Source: a virus
Lineage: Duplodnaviria > Heunggongvirae > Uroviricota > Caudoviricetes
IMG/VR virus record: IMGVR_UViG_2537561992_000022
Length of the DNA stretch: 35,929 bases
Strand: one strand, 5' to 3'
Position 1 is the first letter of the stretch. The number at the start of each line of letters is the position of its first letter. Both the position numbers and the translations under genes were made by a program. Below, piece after piece: positions 17,501 through 27,214 of this stretch. Below the pieces are notes generated by a model. That model was given only the letters and a program-made list of their open reading frames with translations. It had not been told where the DNA came from and searched no databases.

Positions 17501-17713
17501 ATGTCTAACAAAATGACTGGTTTAGTGAAATGGTTTAACCCTGAAAAAGGTTTTGGTTTCATCACGCCGAAAGATGGCAGCAAAGATGTGTTTGTCCATT
17601 TCTCAGCAATTCAGAGCAACGATTTCAAAACATTAACTGAGAATCAGGAAGTTGAATTTGGTATTGAGAACGGACCTAAAGGTCCTGCCGCTGTTCATGT
17701 AGTGGCGCTTTGA
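17501..17713 (+). CDS. cspI: cold-shock protein CspI-like
   Basis: [43 protein letters not shown]...; long 5' leader. Confidence 0.85.
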   Translation: MSNKMTGLVKWFNPEKGFGFITPKDGSKDVFVHFSAIQSNDFKTLTENQEVEFGIENGPKGPAAVHVVAL

Positions 17714-17741
17714 GGTAGACAATATTACAAACCATATTCAC

Positions 17742-17911
17742 TTTAGATGCCCGTGTTGTCATGGTTCCCAGTATAGAACATCATCTTTTGATGTTTCTGA
17801 CATGAATCCTTTCGGGGCAAAATGTATCTTTTGTAAATCAATGATGATTACATTTGATAATATTTCACAATACTTAAATGCCAGCCGTCTGTCGTTGGAT
17901 TTAAAAAAGTG
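17742..17911 (+). CDS. small Cys-rich ORF (CPCC...CIFC, ynfN-position); no in-frame start before the Cys cluster, possibly frameshifted near the ATG at 17746
   Basis: Frame open from 17715 to TGA 17909-17911; the ATG at 17746 is out of frame by one nt beside a CCC run; terminator immediately downstream. Confidence 0.25.
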
Positions 17912-17919
17912 AAAATGAA

Positions 17920-17941
17920 GGCTCCTTCGGGAGCTTTTTTG
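17920..17941 (+). terminator. rho-independent terminator
   Basis: GCTCC-TTCG-GGAGC hairpin followed by TTTTTT. Confidence 0.5.
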
Positions 17942-18037
17942 CTTGGTATCTATTCGATGGATACTCACATACTACGGTAACATCATGAAAAAAATCATAG
18001 TTTTTTTAACTCTGAACCAGCAGTGGTAGTGCCAGCG

Positions 18038-18214
18038 ATGACTGGAGTTAACACCATCATGCGTGAATATCCAAATGGCGAAAAAACACACCTTACTGTA
18101 ATGGCCGCAGGGTTTCCATCTCTGACCGGAGATCATAAAGTCATTTATGTAGCCGCGGATCGACATGTTACTTCAGAAGAAATTCTGGAAGCAGCAATAA
18201 GGCTCTTGAGTTGA
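18038..18214 (+). CDS. hypothetical small protein (58 aa from the ATG at 18038)
   Basis: ORF track entry 18023-18214 begins at GTG; internal ATG at 18038. Confidence 0.35.
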   Translation: MTGVNTIMREYPNGEKTHLTVMAAGFPSLTGDHKVIYVAADRHVTSEEILEAAIRLLS

Positions 18215-18385
18215 TTTGATGCTATTGTATTGATAATTCAGGAAAATTCTCTTTGTCTGTTTGTGTAAAATTTAGACTATCGTATGTTGATTATTGCGAT
18301 GTTTCATCTTATCTTTTACACGTTTGCACCATATAATCGACTTACTGTGTAACTGGAAAGTCATAACAGACTAAAAGAGGAAATG

Positions 18386-18559
18386 ATGAATATTGAAAAC
18401 TTAAAAACAAAAGCAGAAGCAGATATTTCTGAATATATAACAAAAAAAATTATTGAACTTAAGAAAAAGACCGGGAAAGAAGTTACCAGTATTCAGTTTA
18501 CCGCACGGGAAAAAATGACGGGTCTTGAAAGCTATGATGTCAAGATTAATTTAATCTGA
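18386..18559 (+). CDS. gnsB: GnsB-like protein (57 aa)
   Basis: Unlisted ORF MNIENLKTKAEADISEYITKKIIELKKKTGKEVTSIQFTAREKMTGLESYDVKINLI with AGAGG RBS; matches the recalled GnsA/GnsB family. Confidence 0.75.
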   Translation: MNIENLKTKAEADISEYITKKIIELKKKTGKEVTSIQFTAREKMTGLESYDVKINLI

Positions 18560-18710
18560 TGTATTCAATAATAAAATTTATCCATAAACCTCGTTTTTTC
18601 GGGGTTTTGTTATATTTGAATGGTTCCGAATATCTAAATCACAATTGTTGATGGTTTTTATTAAACCAATGCAGTCCGGCTCAGGAGTGAGAGAAGCCGG
18701 ACGTTATGGT

Positions 18711-19121
18711 TTAGCGTGGTAAGATCTGTGTAGTTTTCTGGATGCTTTCAGTAAATAGTAATGAGTTATCAAAGGCATAGTAATATCTTTGGTGTTCCTG
18801 GATATTTGTAACCCATCGGAAAACTCCTGCTTTAGCAAGATTTTCCCTGTATTGTTGAAATGTGATTTCTTTTGATTTCAACTTATTATAGGAGGTCTCT
18901 ATAAGATGTTTGTTTCTGGAGAATTTAACATTTACAACCTTTTTGAGTCCTTTTACTAACACTATGTTGTCGTTTTCTAACACAATGTGAATATTATCTG
19001 TGGCTAAATAGTAAATATAAAGTGAGACATTGTGACGTTTTAGCTCAGAATAAAATAATTCACAGTTTAAATCTTTACGCACTTGATCGAATATTTCTTT
19101 AAAAATGGCAGCCTGAGCCAT
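18711..19121 (-). CDS. ydfO: YdfO-like protein (136 aa)
   Basis: 136 codons from the internal ATG ([11 protein letters not shown]...), matching recalled ydfO length and position. Confidence 0.6.
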   Translation of the reverse strand: MAQAAIFKEIFDQVRKDLNCELFYSELKRHNVSLYIYYLATDNIHIVLENDNIVLVKGLKKVVNVKFSRNKHLIETSYNKLKSKEITFQQYRENLAKAGVFRWVTNIQEHQRYYYAFDNSLLFTESIQKTTQILPR

Positions 19122-19421
19122 TGGTAAACCTTCCATGTGATACGATGGCGCGTAGTTAGCATTATCGTGTTTATTGTTTCAATCTGGTCTGACCTCTTTG
19201 TGTTTTGTTGATGATTTATGTCAAATATTAAGCCTGTTTTTAATGAATAGTGTTGATTGCGTAACAAAATTGAGCCTTGCTGGCATCCAGGAGGGATATG
19301 CAACCGACAGATGTATGTAAGGTCGATGTACTCAAACTTTCATACTTTTCCTCTTTTATGCAGTAAGATTTGAAGTAATATTTTAACCGCTAGATGACGA
19401 GCAAACGCATGGAGCGACAAA

Positions 19422-19628
19422 ATGAATAAAGAACAATCTGCTGATGAAGTCTCGTTGGATCTGATTCGTGTAAAAAATATGCTTAATAGCACCATTTCTA
19501 TGAGTTACCCGGATGTTGTAATTGCATGTATAGAACATCAGGTGTCTCTGGAAGCATTCAGGGCAATTGAGGCAGCGTTGGTGAAGCACGATAAGAATTC
19601 GAAGGATTATTCCCTGGTGGTTGACTGA
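19422..19628 (+). CDS. hypothetical small protein (ynfO-position)
   Basis: 68-codon ORF between ydfO and the cos region. Confidence 0.4.
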   Translation: MNKEQSADEVSLDLIRVKNMLNSTISMSYPDVVIACIEHQVSLEAFRAIEAALVKHDKNSKDYSLVVD

Positions 19629-19952
19629 GCACCATAACTGCTAATCATTCAAACTATTTCACCTGTGACAGAGTCAATATCGCATTCTGTCACTGTCAGG
19701 CTAATACAGAGCTGCAATTCAACTACTGCAATGTCCTCGTAATTAGGTGAATTTACAATATCGTCCTGTTCGGATGCCGGTTGCATTGCTGAAGATGAGG
19801 CATTTATGGTTCGCATATTTTCCCCTCATGCTCGTCAGTCCTGTGCGTAGGAAGAAACAGGACACTCACACTAATTTGTGTGGGCATGCTGTGATGTCCT
19901 TCTGAATTATTCCTATGCCATTATGTAAAGCGCTGTATCAGATGCTCATCAC

Positions 19953-20025
19953 GGCTGTCAGGCTGTCAGGCTGTCGGGTCCTCCCGGTGGGGGCCCCTGC
20001 CACGGGGCGGGAGCGTCGCGGAAAA
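19953..20025. other. putative cos region: tandem GGCTGTCA x3 (19953-19976), GC-rich palindromic segment, and a cosN-like ACGGGGCGGGAGCGTCGCGG (20002-20021)
   Basis: Resembles the lambda cosN context ACGGGGCGGCGACCTCGCGG, about 180 bp upstream of the Nu1-like terminase gene. Confidence 0.35.
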
Positions 20026-20200
20026 AGGCTAGTTTTTGCATTTCCATGGCGGCGGCAGCATGTTTGGTAATTTATTGATAATTAAAAGTTATTTCTCTTT
20101 TCACCTGTACAATATTTCTTTCTCCCTGTCATTAGACCAGTTTGCAATTAATTGAAATATATAAATAAACATGATTTTCACCTGCCAGATGGAGTTGCTT

Positions 20201-20728
20201 ATGTCAAATGTGAGCGGGATCGGTGATGCTTATTACTGGAGTGTTTTTAAAATCGCTGAGGCCTTTGGGCTTCACCGGGACACAGTAAAAAAACGGCTCC
20301 TCGCGGCTAACACTCCTGTGGCTGCGACTGTCAGGGGGAACCCCGTTTACGCCCTGCAGCATGTCGGGCCAGCCCTGTTTAGTGTGAAGCATGAGGCAGC
20401 AGACTCTGTTCATGATCCATCCCGTATGGAGCCGAAAGAGAGAAAGGACTGGTACCAATCTGAAAATGAAAGGATCAAGCTGGAAAAGGAGCAGCGAAAA
20501 CTCATCCCCGTTGATGAAGTAGTCATCGTCTATTCGTCCATGAGAAAGGCTGTCGTCCAGGTTCTGGAGACAATTCCGGATGTTCTTGAACGCGATTGCG
20601 CCCTGACTCCTCAGGCCGTCGGCGTTGTACAGCAGGCCATTGATGACCTGCGATACACTCTTCAGGAAAAATCCTACGAGGCTTGTGCTGCTGAATTAAT
20701 TCCTGATGAGGAAGGAGAGAGTCTCTAG
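20201..20728 (+). CDS. nohA: terminase small subunit (Nu1/NohA-like)
   Basis: GGAG RBS and ATG at 20201; immediately precedes the large terminase. Confidence 0.7.
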   Translation: MSNVSGIGDAYYWSVFKIAEAFGLHRDTVKKRLLAANTPVAATVRGNPVYALQHVGPALFSVKHEAADSVHDPSRMEPKERKDWYQSENERIKLEKEQRKLIPVDEVVIVYSSMRKAVVQVLETIPDVLERDCALTPQAVGVVQQAIDDLRYTLQEKSYEACAAELIPDEEGESL

Positions 20729-20736
20729 GAGGAATA

Positions 20737-22836
20737 ATGGGTTTTTCATCAGCCCGAAATTTGGGAAGGGACATATCGGCAGGATTTTCCCCACCACGTC
20801 GCATGCCGATTTCGGAGGCTGTTAAAAAATTCATGCGTGTTCCCAAGGGGGCTGGTAACTCGGTGCCATGGGATCCTGAACTGACACCCTACATCATTGA
20901 GCCCATGAACTGCCTGGCATCGCGTGAATACGATGCGGTGATTTTTGTTGGTCCTGCGCGAACAGGGAAGACCATTGGTCTGATCGATGGATGGATTGTC
21001 TATACCATCGTTTGCGATCCTTCGGACATGCTCGTTGTGCAGATGACCGAAGATAAGGCCCGCGAGCATTCTAAAAAGCGCCTCGACAGAACGTTCAGAA
21101 GCAGTGCGGCGGTAAAGAAAAGAATGAGTCCACGTCGTAACGACAATAATGTCCATGATAAGACGTTCAGGGATGGCTCGTTCCTTAAAATTGGTTGGCC
21201 CTCGGTCAACATTATGTCGTCGTCGGATTACCGGTTTGTCGCCTTAACCGATTACGACCGTTTTCCGGAGAATATCGACAGCGAGGGTGATGGTTTCTCC
21301 CTGGCCTCAAAACGTACCACCACATTTATGTCCGCTGGGATGACTCTGGTGGAGAGCTCGCCGGGACGTGACATCTGCGACAGCAAATGGCGACGTAAGT
21401 CGCCTCATGAAGCGCCACCGACGACTGGTATTCTTTCCCTTTACAATCGTGGTGACCGCCGCCGCTGGTACTGGTCATGTCCGCACTGCGGTGAATATTT
21501 TCAGCCAGCCATGGATGCCATGACCGGCTACCGTAATGAACCGGATCCCTTTAAAGCCAGTGAGGCGGCGTATCTACTTTGCCCGCACTGCAGCGGCATT
21601 ATCACTGCGGAGAAAAAGCGTGAGCTCAATAGTGCAGGAGTCTGGTTGCGTGAAGGTCAGGTCATTGATCGTAACGGCAACGTTTCCGGTGAACCGCGCC
21701 GCTCCCGTATCGCCAGTTTCTGGATGGAAGGGCCAGCTGCTGCGTATCAGACCTGGGCGCAACTGGTTTACAAATTACTGACTGCAGAACAGGAGTATGA
21801 AGCGACAGGAAGCGAAGAAACACTCAGGGCGGTTATCAACACCGACTGGGGATTGCCTTATCTTCCTCGTGCCAGCATGGAGCAACGAAAAAGTGAACTG
21901 CTTGAGCAGCGGGCAGAGCCAGTTCCTTCCCGCAGTGTGCCGGATGGCGTTAATTTCCTTGTGGCGACAGTGGATGTGCAGGCGGGACGTCATCGCCGTT
22001 TTGTGGTTCAGGTAACGGGCTATGGCAGTCGTGGCGAACGCTGGATTATTGATCGTTACAACATCACGCAGTCATTGCGCAGTGACTGCGACGGGGAGAG
22101 CCAGCGAATTGATCCGGCCAGCTATCCGGAAGACTGGGATGTCCTGCTGACGGATGTTTTTCATAAAAGCTGGCCGCTGGCCTCCGATCCTTCTCAACAA
22201 ATGCGACTGATGGCAATGGCGGTGGACTCCGGCGGTGAAGACGGGGTCACTGATAATGCCTATAAATTCTGGCGTCGTTGCCGTCGTGATGGCCTTGGTA
22301 AACGTATTTACCTGTTTAAGGGTGACAGCATCCGGCGCGCAAAACTGATCAGCCGTACATTCCCTGATAACACCGGACGAACGGGCCGCCGGGCGCAGGC
22401 CGCAGGTGATGTGCCGCTCTGGCTTCTTCAGACGGATGCCCTGAAAGACCGGGTGAATAACGCGTTATGGCGTGACTCGCCAGGTCCAGGCTATGTGCAT
22501 TTCCCTGACTGGCTGGGGAGCTGGTTTTACGACGAACTGACGTATGAAGAGCGGAGCAGTGACGGGAAATGGAGTAAGCCGGGTCGCGGTGCCAACGAAG
22601 CTTTTGACCTGATGGTGTATGCCGAGGCTCTGGTCATTCTGCATGGATACGAAAAGATCCGCTGGCCGGATGCACCGGAGTGGGCGAGCCGGGAGACCTG
22701 GCTGGAGTGTGTCCAGGACAGTACCGAACCGTCATCCTCACCGGAACCGGTATCCACGCCTGTTAAAAAACAAAAACGGAAGAAAACAGTAACTGACGAT
22801 GTTAACCCCTGGCTGACTTCCGGAGGATGGTTATGA
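20737..22836 (+). CDS. A: terminase large subunit (lambda gpA-like, 699 aa)
   Basis: AGGAGG RBS; 699-codon ORF with P-loop-like GPARTGKT motif. Confidence 0.9.
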   Translation: MGFSSARNLGRDISAGFSPPRRMPISEAVKKFMRVPKGAGNSVPWDPELTPYIIEPMNCLASREYDAVIFVGPARTGKTIGLIDGWIVYTIVCDPSDMLVVQMTEDKAREHSKKRLDRTFRSSAAVKKRMSPRRNDNNVHDKTFRDGSFLKIGWPSVNIMSSSDYRFVALTDYDRFPENIDSEGDGFSLASKRTTTFMSAGMTLVESSPGRDICDSKWRRKSPHEAPPTTGILSLYNRGDRRRWYWSCPHCGEYFQPAMDAMTGYRNEPDPFKASEAAYLLCPHCSGIITAEKKRELNSAGVWLREGQVIDRNGNVSGEPRRSRIASFWMEGPAAAYQTWAQLVYKLLTAEQEYEATGSEETLRAVINTDWGLPYLPRASMEQRKSELLEQRAEPVPSRSVPDGVNFLVATVDVQAGRHRRFVVQVTGYGSRGERWIIDRYNITQSLRSDCDGESQRIDPASYPEDWDVLLTDVFHKSWPLASDPSQQMRLMAMAVDSGGEDGVTDNAYKFWRRCRRDGLGKRIYLFKGDSIRRAKLISRTFPDNTGRTGRRAQAAGDVPLWLLQTDALKDRVNNALWRDSPGPGYVHFPDWLGSWFYDELTYEERSSDGKWSKPGRGANEAFDLMVYAEALVILHGYEKIRWPDAPEWASRETWLECVQDSTEPSSSPEPVSTPVKKQKRKKTVTDDVNPWLTSGGWL

Positions 22837-23045
22837 ACCAGAATGATATCGAAGCCATGATTCAGCGTTATACGGAAGCTGAAATGGCGGTGCTGGACGG
22901 AAAATCCGTCACCTTTAATGGTCAGCAGATGACCATGGAAAACTTATCTGAGATCCGGCAGGGACGGCAGGAGTGGGAGCGCCGCCTTGCGGCTCTGATT
23001 ACACGACGACGGGGGCATCCCGGGTACCGGCTGGCGAGGTTCTGA
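22833..23045 (+). CDS. W: head-tail joining protein (gpW-like)
   Basis: About 70-codon ORF between terminase and portal; ATGA overlap with the terminase stop. Confidence 0.6.
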   Translation: MNQNDIEAMIQRYTEAEMAVLDGKSVTFNGQQMTMENLSEIRQGRQEWERRLAALITRRRGHPGYRLARF

Positions 23046-24553
23046 TGGCAATTCTTGATGATGTGATTGGCGTTTTTTCACCAGGATGGAAAGCGGCAAG
23101 GCTGCGTTCCCGTGCGGTGATCCAGGCTTATGAGGCCGTAAAAACGACGCGGACACACAAAGCCCGACGGGAGAACCGAACTGCCGACCAGTTAAGCCAG
23201 TACGGGGCCGTGTCGTTACGTGAGCAGGCCCGTTACCTTGATAACAACCACGATCTGGTTATTGGTGTATTTGACAAGCTGGAAGAACGGGTGGTGGGGA
23301 AAAACGGGATTATTGTCGAGCCACATCCGGTATTACGCAATGGGGCCATTGCCCGTGACCTGGCTGCGGAGATTCGCACCCGATGGAGTGAATGGTCTGT
23401 CAGCCCGGAAGTCACCGGGCAGTTTACCCGTCCGATGCTGGAACGTCTGATGCTTCGTACCTGGCTGCGCGATGGTGAGGTGTTTGCCCAGATGGTTTCC
23501 GGGCGCATAAACAGCCTGGCGCCTTCTGCCGGTGTTCATTTCTGGCTGGAGGCGCTCGAGCCGGACTTTATTCCCATGACTAGTGATGAGAGCAACAGGC
23601 TGAATCAGGGCGTGTTTGTTGATGACTGGGGGCGTCCCGAAAAATATCTGGTGTATAAAAGCCGTCCCGTATCCGGACGGCAGATGGAAACCAAAGAAGT
23701 GGATGCAGAGCGAATGCTGCATCTTAAATTTGTTCGCCGTCTGCACCAGATGCGCGGGACGTCTTTGTTGTCCGGTGTGCTGATCCGCCTCAGTGCCCTG
23801 AAAGAATATGAAGATTCTGAGCTGACTGCAGCAAGGATCGCCGCTGCTCTGGGGATGTACATCCGGAAAGGCGACGGGCAGAGCTATGAACCGGATGGTA
23901 ATGGCAGAAAGGAGAATGAACGTGAGCTTACCATTCAGCCGGGCATTATTTACGACGATCTGAAACCCGGCGAAGAAATCGGAATGGTGAAGTCGGATCG
24001 CCCCAATCCTAACCTTGAAACTTTTCGTAATGGTCAGTTGCGTGCCGTGGCGGCGGGCAGTCGTCTGAGTTTTTCCAGTACAGCGCGCAACTATAACGGC
24101 ACTTACAGCGCCCAGCGTCAGGAGCTGGTTGAATCCACTGATGGCTACCTGATCCTGCAGGACTGGTTTATTGGTGCCGTCACCCGCCCGATGTATCGTG
24201 CATGGCTGAAACAGGCTGTGGCATCCGGTGTTATCAGGCTACCCCGCGATCTTGACCGTTCTTCACTGTATACCGCGGTGTATTCCGGACCAGTGATGCC
24301 GTGGATTGACCCTGTTAAGGAGGCTGAGGCCTGGAAAATCCAGATTCGTGGTGGAGCGGCGACAGAATCAGACTGGGTACGTGCTGGTGGTCGTAATCCG
24401 GATGATGTCAAACGTCGGCGCAAGGCCGAAATTGATGAAAACCGCAAGCTGGATCTGGTATTTGATACCGATCCGGCCAGTGATAAAGGAGGCAGTAGTG
24501 CCGCAACGAAACGACAGGAGCCGCAGCACACCGACGACCAGTCCGAAGAATAA
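23045..24553 (+). CDS. B: portal protein (lambda gpB-like, 502 aa)
   Basis: TGATG overlap with W; size and position of a portal. Confidence 0.85.
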   Translation: MAILDDVIGVFSPGWKAARLRSRAVIQAYEAVKTTRTHKARRENRTADQLSQYGAVSLREQARYLDNNHDLVIGVFDKLEERVVGKNGIIVEPHPVLRNGAIARDLAAEIRTRWSEWSVSPEVTGQFTRPMLERLMLRTWLRDGEVFAQMVSGRINSLAPSAGVHFWLEALEPDFIPMTSDESNRLNQGVFVDDWGRPEKYLVYKSRPVSGRQMETKEVDAERMLHLKFVRRLHQMRGTSLLSGVLIRLSALKEYEDSELTAARIAAALGMYIRKGDGQSYEPDGNGRKENERELTIQPGIIYDDLKPGEEIGMVKSDRPNPNLETFRNGQLRAVAAGSRLSFSSTARNYNGTYSAQRQELVESTDGYLILQDWFIGAVTRPMYRAWLKQAVASGVIRLPRDLDRSSLYTAVYSGPVMPWIDPVKEAEAWKIQIRGGAATESDWVRAGGRNPDDVKRRRKAEIDENRKLDLVFDTDPASDKGGSSAATKRQEPQHTDDQSEE

Positions 24554-24566
24554 TTCCTGGTTCAGG

Positions 24567-26525
24567 ATGCAGGCTGGTCACCAGAGTGACGCGGATATTT
24601 ATATTTATGACGAGATTGGTTTCTGGGGTGTTACAGCGAAGCAGTTTATCAGTGATCTGAATGCACTGGGCGATATCACCCACATTAATCTCCATATTAA
24701 TTCACCGGGTGGCGATGTCTTTGAAGGCATCGCCATTTTTAATGCGCTGAAAACACATGGTGCGTCCATTACCGTTTATGTCGACGGTGTGGCGGCGTCA
24801 ATGGCGTCGGTCATTGCGATGGTAGGAAACCCGGTCATTATGCCGGAAAACTCCTTCATGATGATTCATAAACCATTTGGCTTTACGGGCGGTGATGCGG
24901 AGGACATGCGCACCTATGCCGACCTGCTCGATAAAGTTGAGGCGGTTCTGTTACCCGCTTATGCACAGAAAACCGGGAAAACCACCGATGAAATTGCTGC
25001 CATGCTGGCGGATGAGACCTGGATGTCCGGTGCCGAATGTCTGGCACAGGGATTTGCTGATCAGGTGACACCAGCCGTTAAGGCAATGGCATGTATTCAG
25101 TCAAAACGTACAGAGGAATTTAAAAAGATGCCGGAATCCATTCGAAATATGATTACTCCGCCACGCAACAGTGCTCCACGCGTACAGGATGATGGACCTG
25201 CAGCCTCCCGGACGCCAGTGCAGGCAGCAGCACCCGTGGTGGATGAAAACAGCATCCGTGCGCAGGTCCTGGCAGAGCAAAAAGCGCGTGTAAACGGTAT
25301 TAATGATCTGTTTGCCATGTTTGGCGGGCGTTATCAGTCGTTGCAGGCTCAGTGTCTTGCCGATCCTGAATGTTCGCTGGAGCAGGCCCGCGAAAAGCTG
25401 TTGAACGAGATGGGGCGCGAGTCCACGCCATCCAATAAAAATACCCCGGCTCATATTTATGCCGGTAACGGTAATTTTGTGGGGGACGGGATCCGCCAGG
25501 CGCTGATGGCGCGCGCCGGGTTTGAAAAAACTGAACGTGATAATGTCTACAACGGGATGACCCTGCGTGAATATGCCCGTATGTCACTGACTGAACGTGG
25601 TATTGGTGTTTCCAGTTATAACCCGATGCAGATGGTCGGTGCGGCGTTCACACACAGTACGTCTGACTTCGGTAATATTCTGCTGGATGTTGCGAACAAA
25701 GCCATTCTGCAGGGCTGGGAAGATGCCCCTGAAACCTATGAACAGTGGACGCGGAAAGGTCAGTTGTCTGATTTTAAAATTGCCCATCGTGTGGGTATGG
25801 GGGGCTTCAGTGCTCTGCGTCAGGTGCGTGAAGGGGCAGAATATAAATACGTCACCACCGGAGATAAACAGGCCACTATTGCACTGGCGACCTATGGCGA
25901 GCTGTTCAGTATCACCCGTCAGGCCATTATCAATGATGATCTGAATATGCTGACCGATGTCCCGATGAAGCTGGGCCGTGCGGCGAAATCCACTATTGCC
26001 GATCTGGTTTATGCCATTCTGACGTCTAACCCGAAAATCTCCACAGATAATGTAAGTCTGTTCGATAAAGCGAAACATGCAAACGTACTGGAGAGCGCGG
26101 CAATGGACGTGGCATCGCTGGATAAAGCCCGCCAGTTGATGCGCGTTCAGAAAGAGGGTGAGCGTCATCTGAATATTCGTCCTGCGTTCGTACTGGTACC
26201 GACGGCGATGGAGTCTGTTGCTAACCAGGTCATTCGCTCCTCAAGTGTCAAGGGGGCTGACATTAACGCCGGTATTATTAACCCGGTGAAAGATTTTGCG
26301 ACCGTTATTGCAGAGCCTCGTCTTGATGATAACAGCCAGACCACCTTCTACCTGGCTGCGTCCAAAGGCTCCGATACGATTGAAGTGGCTTATCTCAACG
26401 GTGTGGATACGCCATATATTGATCAGATGGAGGGCTTCAGTGTGGATGGCGTGACAACGAAAGTGCGTATTGACGCTGGTGTTGCGCCAGTTGATCACCG
26501 CGGCCTGGTGAAATGTACGGCGTAA
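24567..26525 (+). CDS. prohead protease (ClpP/S14-like) fused to major capsid protein (652 aa)
   Basis: N-terminal ClpP-like motifs (INSPGGDVFEGIAIFNALK...SMASVIAMVG) and a long C-terminal capsid-like domain in one ORF. Confidence 0.75.
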   Translation: MQAGHQSDADIYIYDEIGFWGVTAKQFISDLNALGDITHINLHINSPGGDVFEGIAIFNALKTHGASITVYVDGVAASMASVIAMVGNPVIMPENSFMMIHKPFGFTGGDAEDMRTYADLLDKVEAVLLPAYAQKTGKTTDEIAAMLADETWMSGAECLAQGFADQVTPAVKAMACIQSKRTEEFKKMPESIRNMITPPRNSAPRVQDDGPAASRTPVQAAAPVVDENSIRAQVLAEQKARVNGINDLFAMFGGRYQSLQAQCLADPECSLEQAREKLLNEMGRESTPSNKNTPAHIYAGNGNFVGDGIRQALMARAGFEKTERDNVYNGMTLREYARMSLTERGIGVSSYNPMQMVGAAFTHSTSDFGNILLDVANKAILQGWEDAPETYEQWTRKGQLSDFKIAHRVGMGGFSALRQVREGAEYKYVTTGDKQATIALATYGELFSITRQAIINDDLNMLTDVPMKLGRAAKSTIADLVYAILTSNPKISTDNVSLFDKAKHANVLESAAMDVASLDKARQLMRVQKEGERHLNIRPAFVLVPTAMESVANQVIRSSSVKGADINAGIINPVKDFATVIAEPRLDDNSQTTFYLAASKGSDTIEVAYLNGVDTPYIDQMEGFSVDGVTTKVRIDAGVAPVDHRGLVKCTA

Positions 26526-26549
26526 ACGTCGCAGACAACAACTCTGATG

Positions 26550-26568
26550 GCCCGTAAGGGCTTTTTTT
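26550..26568 (+). terminator. terminator-like hairpin after the capsid gene, with a second hairpin at 26581-26597
   Basis: GCCC-GTAA-GGGC hairpin followed by TTTTTTT; then AGCCCC-TGAA-CGGGGCT. Confidence 0.4.
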
Positions 26569-26611
26569 GTACCTGAAATCAGCCCCTGAACGGGGCTGTG
26601 CGGAGACAGTT

Positions 26612-26935
26612 ATGGCAAAGAATTTTGTAGAAGAAGGAAAAACGGTGGCGATTGTTGCCAGTGCAGCCATCAGCAGCGGAGATCTGGTGCAGGTGGGGGA
26701 TGTTTTTGCGGTGGCGCTGACCGATATTCCACAGGGAGAAACAGGCGACGGCATAACCGAAGGTGTGTTTATGCTGCCTAAGCTGAAAACGGATGACATG
26801 AAAACGGGTAAGAAGGTTTATCTGAAGTCAGGAAAAGTTCAGCTGACTAACAGCGGCTCTGAGCCGCTGGTCGGGGTTGTCTGGGCAGATGCCGGAACCA
26901 GTGCAGAAGAAGTGCCGGTAAAACTCAATGTCTGA
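26612..26935 (+). CDS. putative head decoration/stabilisation protein (107 aa)
   Basis: GGAGA RBS and ATG at 26612; small Gly/Val-rich ORF directly after the capsid gene. Confidence 0.45.
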   Translation: MAKNFVEEGKTVAIVASAAISSGDLVQVGDVFAVALTDIPQGETGDGITEGVFMLPKLKTDDMKTGKKVYLKSGKVQLTNSGSEPLVGVVWADAGTSAEEVPVKLNV

Positions 26936-27203
26936 TCCCTTTTCCCGGCTGGCAGCGCGTATGGATGCGATCACGGTCAGAAAGATGGGAAAGACAGCCT
27001 CGATTAATGATGTCGATATGATTGTGATCCCGGGAGAAACACTGGCAGAGCTGAATGCTCTGTCCGGACCTGCGGTCTCTCTGGTGGTGTTTTCTTCGGG
27101 ATACCGCCCACGGCGCGGGGATCGCGTTGTTTATGACGGACAACAATGGACGGTCACACGGCATGAACGTTTTAACGGTAAGCCAATGATCTTTATTGAG
27201 TAA
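26928..27203 (+). CDS. head-tail connector / head completion protein (FII-like position)
   Basis: 91-codon ORF overlapping the preceding stop, between the head and Z-like genes. Confidence 0.45.
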   Translation: MSDPFSRLAARMDAITVRKMGKTASINDVDMIVIPGETLAELNALSGPAVSLVVFSSGYRPRRGDRVVYDGQQWTVTRHERFNGKPMIFIE

Positions 27204-27214
27204 AGAGGTGTGGG

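Noticed and set aside
17759-17968. 69-codon minus-strand ORF opposite the small Cys-rich ORF
   Set aside because: It crosses the plus-strand terminator hairpin and has a low-complexity basic translation; judged spurious.
19953-19976. Tandem GGCTGTCA x3 considered as a CRISPR-like array
   Set aside because: Only three 8-bp units with no spacers; more consistent with a cos-associated repeat.
25584-26168. 194-codon minus-strand ORF inside the capsid gene
   Set aside because: Antisense to a strongly supported structural gene; Cys/His-rich translation. The same applies to other minus-strand ORFs across 20.7-35.5 kb (for example 31628-32113 and 33157-33810).
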